A DNA stretch of 64,000 nucleotides from Candidatus Poribacteria bacterium. GTDB lineage: Bacteria > Poribacteria > WGA-4E > WGA-3G. The stretch's first letter is position 1. Every line of letters begins with the position of its first letter. The stretch covers positions 60,455-124,454 of the forward strand of contig CBDBFU010000023.1 of assembly GCA_965205025.1 (NCBI GenBank), in the 5' to 3' direction. Made by a program: the position numbers and the translations under genes. Below are positions 42,388-51,156 of the stretch, in pieces. The notes under the pieces are model-generated. The model had not been told where the DNA came from. It worked only from the letters and a program-made list of their open reading frames with translations, and did no database searches.

Positions 42388-42389
42388 TC

Positions 42390-44531
42390 ATGTCACCAAA
42401 ATCTTTTAGAATCATCTCTGGTTCACTCATTCTATGTTTGATAATTTTCGGTTCATCTTCAATTAATGCCAAACCACATGAAGAACTAACCTATGAACCT
42501 ATACAATTTAAACCACCAGTTCCACAAAAGCATACTTTATTGAATGGGATGGAACTGTATTTAATCGAAGACAATGAATTACCTGTTTTTGATATCAGTG
42601 GTCTTGTAAAAACCGGAACAATCTATGATCCAGCAAATAAAATAGGTTTAGCCTCAATTTTCGCCAGTGTGATGCGTACAGGGGGTACAATTTCTCGTGA
42701 ACCTGACACATTAAATGAAGAGCTTGAATCAATGGCTGCATCTGTTGAGATTGGAATGTCTCCTGAATATGGTTCTGTAAGTCTATCCACATTAGCTGAG
42801 GATATTGATAAGGGATTAGAGATATTCGCAGACGTATTACGTAACCCGGCATTTCGAGAAGAAAAATTAGATCTACGTAAACAACAAGCTATTGAAGGTA
42901 TCCGAAGAAGAAATGACAACCCAATTCAATTAGCATGGCGTAATTTTTCTGAGATATTGTATGGAAAAGATCACCCATTTGGATGGTATTCTGAAATTGA
43001 GAATGTTGAGAGTATTTCTGTAGACGATCTAAAAGAATTCCATGCAAGATATTTTCATCCAAACAATATCATGCTTTCCATTACAGGTGATTTCGAAACC
43101 GAATCACTAATTACTAAACTTGAGAATGCTTTTGAAGGATGGGAAAAATCAGAAATTGATTTTCCAGAAATTAAACCGGTTGAAAGAGAACGGACTCCTT
43201 CTGTTCATTATATTAAAAAAGAACTACCCCAAACAACAATGTTGATTGGACATATAGGTATTAAAAGGAAACCTGATTTTCCAGATCTGTTCGCATTACG
43301 GGTGATGAATGATATTCTTGGTGAAGGTGGATTTACTTCACGTTTGATGAGTCAAGTACGTGAAAAACACGGACTTGCCTATATGGTGGGAAGTATAATG
43401 CAGACAAGTCTATATACAAATCCTGGTGAATTCTTCGCATATTCACAGACCCGTGCTGAAAAAACTGCAGAAGCTATTACGCTCATAGCAGATATAATCA
43501 AAGGAATGCGTGATGCACCAGTAACTGAGGAAGAGTTAAACCGTACAAAAGATTCTCTCATTAACTCATTTGTCTTCAGTTTCGAGAGTAGTTCTCAAAT
43601 TGCATTTCAACAAATGATGTTAGATTATCGAGGGTTTGCACCTGGATTCCTCGAGACCTTTACCGATAATATTGCTAAAGTCACGGTAGAAGATGTTCAG
43701 ATGGTTGCTCAAAAATACTTACATCCAAATGCTCTAACGATTGTTACTGTAGGAAATAAAGAAAATTTTGACCGACCATTAGACGAATTCGGTGATGTAA
43801 ATGAAATTGAGATTGCACAACCTGAACCTCCACCAGTTGAATCAATACCCGAAGCAAGTGAAACCGATGTTGCTAAAGCTAAAGAGATTCTTGCTGCAGT
43901 CGTTAATGCTCATGGTGGTTGGGAGGCAATTAAAGCAGTAACATCAGTTGTAACTCAAAGACAAACCACATTATCTCAATTAGGTGGAATAAAAGGGGAA
44001 ATAAAAATATCTTCATTGTATCCATACAAATTACGGCAAGATGTTGTAACACCGCAAGAGGAAGTGTCTATAATATTCGAAGGTGAATCTGGATTCATGG
44101 TATCCCCAATGGGTAGTCAACCCTTACCACCAGAAATGATGGTTATATTTAAAGATGTTACTTTCAGAGATGTTATTCCTCTTCTTCAGCATTTAACCAA
44201 CAATGGTACCCCTTTTCAATATTCTGGTTCTGAAGAGTTAGATGGAAAACCAGTATCTGTGCTTCTCTTAACCCAACCTTCAGGTGAAGCACTTAAGATA
44301 TATGTTAGTGAAGAGACCAATCTTATCTTAAAGTATGCATATCGAGAAACAAGAAGTGGGACATCTATGGATAAAGAGACGATCTTTTCTGATTATAGAG
44401 AAGTTGATGGAATACAAATCGCATTCAATGTTATACAGACTGTGAATGGAGAACTATATACTGAATCGCAATTAAATTCTGTTGAGATAAATACTGAATT
44501 GGATGAATCCCTCTTTAAGGTGTCCCAATGA
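42390..44531 (+). CDS. M16 family peptidase, non-catalytic subunit with about 230-aa C-terminal beta-rich extension
   Basis: Signal peptide; no HxxEH; HPFG, YFHPNN, SRLMSQVREKHGLAY; C-terminal FSDYREVDGIQIAF...EINTELDESLF. Confidence 0.85.
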   Translation: MSPKSFRIISGSLILCLIIFGSSSINAKPHEELTYEPIQFKPPVPQKHTLLNGMELYLIEDNELPVFDISGLVKTGTIYDPANKIGLASIFASVMRTGGTISREPDTLNEELESMAASVEIGMSPEYGSVSLSTLAEDIDKGLEIFADVLRNPAFREEKLDLRKQQAIEGIRRRNDNPIQLAWRNFSEILYGKDHPFGWYSEIENVESISVDDLKEFHARYFHPNNIMLSITGDFETESLITKLENAFEGWEKSEIDFPEIKPVERERTPSVHYIKKELPQTTMLIGHIGIKRKPDFPDLFALRVMNDILGEGGFTSRLMSQVREKHGLAYMVGSIMQTSLYTNPGEFFAYSQTRAEKTAEAITLIADIIKGMRDAPVTEEELNRTKDSLINSFVFSFESSSQIAFQQMMLDYRGFAPGFLETFTDNIAKVTVEDVQMVAQKYLHPNALTIVTVGNKENFDRPLDEFGDVNEIEIAQPEPPPVESIPEASETDVAKAKEILAAVVNAHGGWEAIKAVTSVVTQRQTTLSQLGGIKGEIKISSLYPYKLRQDVVTPQEEVSIIFEGESGFMVSPMGSQPLPPEMMVIFKDVTFRDVIPLLQHLTNNGTPFQYSGSEELDGKPVSVLLLTQPSGEALKIYVSEETNLILKYAYRETRSGTSMDKETIFSDYREVDGIQIAFNVIQTVNGELYTESQLNSVEINTELDESLFKVSQ

Positions 44532-45301
44532 AATCACTTGATTTACGTGTTCGATATTTTCAAGATAGCACGCCTGCAGATGAACCGTGTCGTGAAACTG
44601 CATTCATTCGACGTGAGTTCAACATGCCACTACCTGTATCAGAAACCGCTTTGATTCTTGTGGATTTATGGAATGTTCATTTCATTGAAACATGGATTGA
44701 ACGGGCAAAACAGGTGACGGTTGATTGTATTGTACCGGTTATTGATGCTGCTCGAAAAGTAGGATTGACAATAGTACACGGTCCATCACCATCCGTTGCA
44801 GAACAATATCCGCAGCTCAAACGACACAAACCACCTGAACCCTCTACGCCACCCTCTTGGCCACCATCTGAGTTTCGTGGAAGACAAGGTGATTACAATA
44901 TCTACCGTGGTCCTCGAAATCAACCACCTGGTATCGGAGTTCATTGGGATAAACTTGCCTCTCAACTCTCTATGTCTCCTGCCATAGATGTTAAAGATGA
45001 TGACTATGTCATTGCAACCGGATCCCAACTCCAAGATCTACTTGAAGAAAAACGTATCCTTCATCTCATCTATGCGGGGTTTGCTACCAATTGGTGTGTT
45101 ATGGGGAGAGATTACGGAATTCGGGCGATGTCAAGATATGGGTACAACATGATTCTCTTACGTGATGCTACCACAGGTGTTGAGTTTCCTGATACTTATG
45201 AAAACTTATTCACGACTGAGATAACTATCCGGGAGGTGGAACAGCAATACGGGTTTAGTGCTTCTAATGCAGATTTCTTTAATGCAGTAGAGAAAGTGTA
45301 A
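44528..45301 (+). CDS. isochorismatase/cysteine hydrolase family protein
   Basis: ALILVDLW, GFATNWCV, LLRDAT; ATGA overlap with the upstream gene. Confidence 0.8.
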   Translation: MKSLDLRVRYFQDSTPADEPCRETAFIRREFNMPLPVSETALILVDLWNVHFIETWIERAKQVTVDCIVPVIDAARKVGLTIVHGPSPSVAEQYPQLKRHKPPEPSTPPSWPPSEFRGRQGDYNIYRGPRNQPPGIGVHWDKLASQLSMSPAIDVKDDDYVIATGSQLQDLLEEKRILHLIYAGFATNWCVMGRDYGIRAMSRYGYNMILLRDATTGVEFPDTYENLFTTEITIREVEQQYGFSASNADFFNAVEKV

Positions 45302-45399
45302 CTCGTCCTTGTTGGTAGGATTCCACGCCAAATACGAAACACGCATTTGGCGTTGATTTCAACAGTGAATCCTGCACGTAATTCTTCAAATCCAATATA

Positions 45400-45697
45400 A
45401 TGCTGTTGAGAGTTAGGGAGATATTAGATAGAGAAGCACGTTATTTTGAGAAACATGCGAAGCGTATGCGGTATCAAGAGTTTAGAGAGAAAGGGTATCA
45501 GATTATGAGTAGGACTGAAAGCGTTGTAAATATGTTGTTGCTCAAAGATGTAGCGGAAGTTCTAGGAGATGTACAGACGAAGGTCTCAATGCCAAACTGG
45601 AATTGAGATGTATGCTAAAGAATGATACTTGGAAAGAATATTGGAATCCAGATGCAATAGCAGCATAATGTTTAGTGATAAATACTTTACACATCCC
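45400..45697 (+). mobile_element. transposase C-terminal remnant (ISKra4/ISLre2-like)
   Basis: YFEKHAKRMRYQEFREKGYQI resembles YF..N..RM.Y..FR..G..IG; frameshifted downstream; ends TACACATCCC. Confidence 0.6.
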
Positions 45698-45791
45698 TCT
45701 CGCACTAACTGAGTTGATTGGTGGTGCTGAGGTAATACCCATCTGTCGGGGTAATCATCAGAAGTCTGTCATCTGTTGTAGAAGGGTTTGA

Positions 45792-46733
45792 TCAGTCATT
45801 TTCTTCTTTCTTCAACCACATTATGAACGCGTCCAGTTCTTTGAAGATTGTCGGGAATACTTTATTCACTCGTTCGGCGTTTTTGAGCGTTTGTTCATAG
45901 TCCAGTTTCTCTGCATAGATATAAATAAAAACGTGCCGAAACCCTAAAAGTTCGTGTAGTTCCGCGTAAGTTTCTTCAGAAAGTATGGGAGCGCGTGCGG
46001 TCCCTGGTTCCACCATCTGTTTTAAAAGTGTTTTATGCCACTCTTCGCCCTGAGGTAGGTTTCCATCAATATCTTGGGCGATGCGTCTAAAGATATTTTC
46101 AAGGCCTTTATAGAAATCGTAGAGGTGGCGAGCGATAAGCATTTCTAAACTTTCCTTGTATTCAACTGGAGCCTCTTCAAGTTTTTGTAAATCTGCTCGG
46201 ATTTTTTTTACGCTCTGTGCTATCTCTATGTGTTCCTCAGAAATCCGTTGAATCAACCTATTCCTGTTCACTGATGCAGGCTCCTTTCTTCTTATAGAGG
46301 TTGCAAGTGCCGTGTTAGCCGCTGTTCCTCCATTCCGAATCGGAACAGCTTGGCTCTGAACTCGTTCTCGAAAACGCTCTTTACAACTTTCAAAACTGAC
46401 TAAATCAATTCTGAATTCTTGGCTAAAGTCGAGAGTCTCTGCTACGGCGCGAAAATACTTGTCAGATGGAATCCCCCAAGCGACAATATCAATATCCGAC
46501 CCTTTTGAGAACCAATCCCACTCGGCAAGTGAACCGAAGACAGCGACTTGTGTTGCACCGAAGTCTTCATAAAGCATCGCTGCGACCCGATATGCCGTTT
46601 GCCAAGCGCGTTGCAGCAATGCCTCATCTACCTTCCGATTTTTGAAGTGTTGATCAAGCTTGCGGCGATATTCGGCTAATTCTTCTGGCGATAAATCTTT
46701 CGCTGTACGATGGTCTTCTGTGGGTTGATGCAT
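45792..46733 (-). CDS. fused minimal nucleotidyltransferase (MNT) + HEPN/HepT-like protein
   Basis: VFGSLA...SDIDI (MNT); LENIFRRIA...WHKTLL..M...LLGFRHVFIYIY (HEPN); AAAGGAGA RBS before ATG 46733. Confidence 0.82.
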   Translation of the reverse strand: MHQPTEDHRTAKDLSPEELAEYRRKLDQHFKNRKVDEALLQRAWQTAYRVAAMLYEDFGATQVAVFGSLAEWDWFSKGSDIDIVAWGIPSDKYFRAVAETLDFSQEFRIDLVSFESCKERFRERVQSQAVPIRNGGTAANTALATSIRRKEPASVNRNRLIQRISEEHIEIAQSVKKIRADLQKLEEAPVEYKESLEMLIARHLYDFYKGLENIFRRIAQDIDGNLPQGEEWHKTLLKQMVEPGTARAPILSEETYAELHELLGFRHVFIYIYAEKLDYEQTLKNAERVNKVFPTIFKELDAFIMWLKKEEND

Positions 46734-47127
46734 ATCACTATCTCCTTTTAGATTATAGTAAACTATCTTAGAGGACACTCATATGAACAAACATGTTGTA
46801 AATAGCAATCCTATACTTAATGCCATCATCCCTAAACAATTGTTCTTCTTTTTTATTTTCCATCCCTAACTTCTCCTATCACGATAGCAACTAATCCTGT
46901 TGAACTTTGAAAACTTGAACGAAATAATTCTGGTATGGGCAAAATTCTTCATTATAGTTAAGCTCTATCTTAACGTTTGTATTGCCATCGGAGAACCTTT
47001 CAAGTGGATTGTTATTATAGCACAATCTTGGTTTAGAGAGTGGTCTAAATTCCCGATGGCAGTACAGTATAATAATGTCCGGTATTCAACACAAAATCAT
47101 ATATACAAATAGTCCAATTACTCAGGT

Positions 47128-47853
47128 CTAATCAAGACTATTTAACCCTTCAACAATCTGTGTAGATTTTGTGCGATGTCCGAACCTTTCACCAACATCC
47201 CTCCAAGCAATTTTACCGTCTTCATTTATTATATATGCCGCTGGTCGTGCAAAAATATTAGCTGGTGCTTGAAGAACATTGTAGGCGATGATAGTTATTA
47301 GATCCTCATCGCTAAGGATAAGAAAAGTGCCATTAATAAGATCTCGTGAGTTTCCAGCTCCAAATTGCGTATCACTACTAATTGCTATTAGTTCTGCACC
47401 AGCACTCTTAATGTCCTGATATCCATCTCGCAACTCCCTGAGTTGCCCTTGACAGACTGTTCAGGTCGAAGTAGCATAAAACACAAGTACAACCTTCTGT
47501 CCTGCATAATCGGATAGAGAATGTATAGTTCCATCAGCATCTGGTAATGAGAATTCAGGAGCAGTCGCCCCTATTGCTAATCCTTCACCTTCAGGTAATG
47601 GATCAGGTTCCGGTGTTGTTTCCACGATTGTTGGTTCAGGAACTGTCTCTACAGGATTCATTCCTGCTGTCATTTCTGGTGTAGTATCATCTGGTGGGGT
47701 TACTTCTGTACTTATATCTGGTTCTACAGGTGTCGTTTCAATAGGAGGACCGACGACATCCTCAATTACATCTTTTTCAAGACAAGCAGTAATAATTGTC
47801 ATGGATACTATTATTCCAATACTGACAATTGTAATCAATAAATTTGGTTTCAT
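47128..47853 (-). CDS. putative selenoprotein: AhpC/TSA (peroxiredoxin-like) lipoprotein with UxxC, TGA at 47461-47463
   Basis: Lipobox ITAC; [12 protein letters not shown]...[24 protein letters not shown]...LIAISSD...[13 protein letters not shown]; both halves are in one frame. Confidence 0.88.
47430..47446 (-). promoter_or_regulatory. SECIS-like hairpin
   Basis: mRNA GCAACUC-AGG-GAGUUGC, perfect 7-bp stem; loop starts 21 nt after UGA. Confidence 0.75.
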
Positions 47854-48004
47854 ATTCACATCTCCATTCAACATTTCAATGTTCTGTTCATTCTATTTTA
47901 CCATAAATGATAGTCAATATCTACATTAGACCTTTAAATCAAACTCAATAGAACATTCTGATTATATATTGCTCAACCTATATTAACTATAGTCAAAACC
48001 ATTC

Positions 48005-48853
48005 CTATACTCTTTGGAAAGGTTTTGGTGGATGATGATCTTTGTTCTCAATAGTAATTGGTTCCGGTGGAAATTGTCGACAGACTTCTCCATTTTTCAT
48101 TGCCAAATAACAATTTTGTAAACCACGTTTCCTCCTGCTCATGATTTCTGGGTTTGTCCATACCCCTGCTACAGCAATACGACTCTTATCGCTTGTATTT
48201 GGAGGACTATAGTGCCACAAATTGCTATGCCAAAACACTACATCACCTGTATCTAATTCTATATGATGTATACCATTTTTTGTAATCATTTCCTCCACAC
48301 GTCCACGTGGAAGTTCTCCATGGATACTATCAGAATACAGCACGTGTTCCACTATCTCAGTCTGATGACTTTTTGGAATAAACTGCATGCATCCGTTTTC
48401 CTGTGTTGCAGGTTCAAGGGGTATCCAGAAATTGAAAGGTTCAGTTTCTCCATCTCTCCATAATCCATTATCCTGATGCCAAGGTGTTGCACTCCCGGTA
48501 CGCGCGGGTTTTAAGAAGCAACTATTGTACTTAACAATGATATTGTTACCAAGAAAATAACGTGCAATATTTAGGAGTTTTTCACCTGCATGGATATTGT
48601 GCCAAATGAGGGGTGACTGAACACAAAAATTTGCAAGTTTACGATAGCGTGCAATTCTCCCTTGTGGTGTATCCTCCATAGGATTCATCGGGTCAAGATC
48701 TACAAACTTCCCCGGTTCAGGTAGCATAATTACATTCCGTAATACGCCCCGTAATTCAACGGCAAGGTCCTTATCTATAACACTACGAAGAATAAAATAA
48801 CCTTCGTTTTCATATTGAGATTTCTGTTCATTGGACGGTATCCACTGTTCCAT
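48005..48853 (-). CDS. phytanoyl-CoA dioxygenase (PhyH) family Fe/2OG dioxygenase
   Basis: KP...TPWHQD, WIPL..AT.ENGC..FIP.SH, GDVVFWH...WHYS.PN.S..SR. Confidence 0.92.
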   Translation of the reverse strand: MEQWIPSNEQKSQYENEGYFILRSVIDKDLAVELRGVLRNVIMLPEPGKFVDLDPMNPMEDTPQGRIARYRKLANFCVQSPLIWHNIHAGEKLLNIARYFLGNNIIVKYNSCFLKPARTGSATPWHQDNGLWRDGETEPFNFWIPLEPATQENGCMQFIPKSHQTEIVEHVLYSDSIHGELPRGRVEEMITKNGIHHIELDTGDVVFWHSNLWHYSPPNTSDKSRIAVAGVWTNPEIMSRRKRGLQNCYLAMKNGEVCRQFPPEPITIENKDHHPPKPFQRV

Positions 48854-49216
48854 TAATAACTACCCCAAAATCGGATGAAAAAATGAGAAATTTTCAAAAA
48901 ACTGACCAATGTTGTAACCATTATATACGATTTAACGTAGTCATTTAAAAGCAGTAATTATCCTTTTAGAATACTGCTATTATAGGGATCACAAAGAATT
49001 GGCAATTTCTAAATTTAATTTCTTATTAAAATGTTGTAAAAACAAAAAATAGGTTACAAGAAAATTTAGCAGAATATTCATCTTATGTCAATGTAGTGAG
49101 GATAAGTCTTCGATCCAATTTTTTAGTAAATTCAGCCTTGAATTTTTAAAAATACAGATTCATTATCTTTTTGATAAATATAAGAAAACTACAATATTTC
49201 TCATACGGATTCTTAA

Positions 49217-50041
49217 ATGCTAACAAAAGAGATGGTTGAGGATGCACCAATTGATCCTGGGGTCTATATATTCCACGGGGCATCCGGCAAAATACTTTAC
49301 ATCGGTAAGGCAAAATGTCTACGTAAACGTGTACGTTCATACTTACATAATGTCAAAAATCGCAGATCAAAAATAAAGCGTCTAATCCGTTGGACTGAAT
49401 CCGTACAATATCAGATATGCCAATCTGAACAGGAAGCTCTTTTCCTGGAAGCAAGACTAATTAAGAAATACCTACCCTCTTATAATTCAGCACTCAAATG
49501 GGGTACTCAAACCTGGTTTATAAGAATTACTTTGGATGAAGATTATCCACGACTGGAAAGAGTTGCAGAAATTCAAGAGGACAGTGCAGAATACTTTGGA
49601 CCCTTATCAAGTAGAAGATGGACTGATGAAGCAATTGATGTATTGCAACGGATATTTATGGTACGAACATGCCAAGATAAAATCAAACCGACTGTGGGTT
49701 ATCGGGCATGTCTACAATATGACATGAAACGGTGCTATGCTCCGTGTGCTGCATTAATAACAAGAGAATTCTACAGAGATATGATAGTCAATTTATTAAA
49801 TCTACTTGAAGGGGAATATGAAAAAGTACAAACAGATATGATTGAGAAAAGAAACAGTGCTGCTGCATTGCTACAGTTTGAGAAAGCAGCAGCAATTCAA
49901 CAACAGCTTGTTAGGTTACAGAAGGTTTTTCCATTCCTTGATGCACACAGACATCAACCTGAAACAGATCCAAAAAAGATCCGTGAGGATATAATCCAAA
50001 CCCGTCTTCAAGTATCAAGTCAAATCGAAATGCCATTCTAA
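49217..50041 (+). CDS. short UvrC homolog (GIY-YIG + UVR domain, Cho-like)
   Basis: PGVYIF...LYIGKAK.LRKRVRSY, EA..LEARLIKKYLP.YN, C...CLQY..KRC.APC, AA..LQFEKAA. Confidence 0.85.
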   Translation: MLTKEMVEDAPIDPGVYIFHGASGKILYIGKAKCLRKRVRSYLHNVKNRRSKIKRLIRWTESVQYQICQSEQEALFLEARLIKKYLPSYNSALKWGTQTWFIRITLDEDYPRLERVAEIQEDSAEYFGPLSSRRWTDEAIDVLQRIFMVRTCQDKIKPTVGYRACLQYDMKRCYAPCAALITREFYRDMIVNLLNLLEGEYEKVQTDMIEKRNSAAALLQFEKAAAIQQQLVRLQKVFPFLDAHRHQPETDPKKIREDIIQTRLQVSSQIEMPF

Positions 50042-50184
50042 ACGTTGGCTGAATCCTGTTTCAAGAGTCGAATGGGTAATCTCGTTTGGATTGAACACAT
50101 ATCTAAAGGTATAATCACAATTTACTTGCACTCTTACAATTTATATGCTAAAATGAGAATGTTTAAACTAAAGGAGGTATCACG

Positions 50185-50565
50185 ATGTATATGGCGAAAT
50201 ATGCGCTGATTACTCTCGTGGCCTTTGCAATCCTGACAGGTTGTGGTATGGTAAACAAACAGGCTGAAATGTCTGAATCCACAACTATGGCAGCAGATGA
50301 TGGTACAGCATTAAAAGCTGCAGAACCAGCAACTTCTGCTTATCAGGAAGTGACTTTACAGGTGGAGGGCATGACATGAGGCTCATGTCCCGGTATAGTG
50401 CAGGATGCACTAAATAAGGTCACAGGGGTCTCAGAGGTTGTCAGTGTTAGCAGAGATACAAAATTGGTAGTCGTAAAAATTGAAAAGGGTAAAGTATCAA
50501 ACGAAGTTTTAATTAAGACTATAGATGATGCAGATCCGCGTTTTACGGCATCGCTTGCTAACTAA
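50185..50565 (+). CDS. putative selenoprotein: HMA-domain lipoprotein (GMTUGSC), TGA at 50377-50379
   Basis: AAGGAGG RBS; lipobox LTGC; VTLQVEGMT-U-GSCPGIVQDALNKVTGV...PRFTASLAN, open frame to TAA 50563. Confidence 0.9.
50396..50412 (+). promoter_or_regulatory. SECIS-like hairpin
   Basis: UAGUGCA-GGA-UGCACUA perfect stem; loop starts 23 nt after UGA. Confidence 0.78.
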
Positions 50566-50573
50566 CCACTGTT

Positions 50574-50602
50574 TAGGGCGAGTTCTCTCGCCCTACTTTT
50601 TT
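50574..50602 (+). terminator. Rho-independent terminator
   Basis: TAGGGCGAG-TTCT-CTCGCCCTA followed by CTTTTTT. Confidence 0.75.
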
Positions 50603-50673
50603 GTTGAATTCCAAAATTTGATTAACTCATAAAAATACTATATGGTTATTCATAGGAGTTTAAGGATACGATC

Positions 50674-51036
50674 ATGATTAATAAAGTTTGTATTAGTTTC
50701 TTTATGTTATTGCTGGTAATGGGTTGTGCCAATCAACAACAACAAGAAGCAGAGAATACACCAGAAGAAGCAACCATTTCTGAGGCGAAAGCAGAAGTTG
50801 AAGAAGTTAGCTTAACTGTAACAGGTATGACGTGAGGTAATTGTACAAGTAGAGTGCAGGATGCACTTGCTAAGGTTACAGGTGTCACTGAAGTCGTATC
50901 TGTTTCACAAGACGAAAATAAGGCAGTTGTCAAGGTTGAAAAAGGTAAAGTTAAGACAGAAGACTTAATTGCTGCTGTTGAGGGAATTGAAGAAGTTGAT
51001 GGTGCGCCACGTTTTCCAGCAAAAGTTTCTGAATAG
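50674..51036 (+). CDS. putative selenoprotein: second HMA-domain lipoprotein (GMTUGNC), TGA at 50833-50835
   Basis: MINKVCISFFMLLLVMGC lipobox; VSLTVTGMT-U-GNCTSRVQDALAKVTGV...; in frame with the listed 50854-51036 ORF. Confidence 0.9.
50848..50871 (+). promoter_or_regulatory. SECIS-like hairpin
   Basis: AGUA-(G bulge)-AGUGCA-GGA-UGCACU-UGCU; loop starts 23 nt after UGA. Confidence 0.78.
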
Positions 51037-51103
51037 ATTTTCTAACGATACAATTTTCATTAGCCAATGAGCATAATTTAGACCTAACGACTGTTAATAC
51101 CTA

Positions 51104-51144
51104 ATAATCCTCATGGACAGGTTTGTCTATGAGGATTATCTTTT
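51104..51144 (+). terminator. long hairpin, terminator-like
   Basis: ATAATCCTCATGGACA-GGTT-TGTCTATGAGGATTAT followed by CTTTT. Confidence 0.55.
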
Positions 51145-51156
51145 ATACAAACAATA

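Noticed and set aside
47128-51036. Genome-wide TGA reassignment (genetic code 4 or 25)
   Set aside because: Long genes contain no internal TGA and several conserved genes end at TGA at their expected C-termini.
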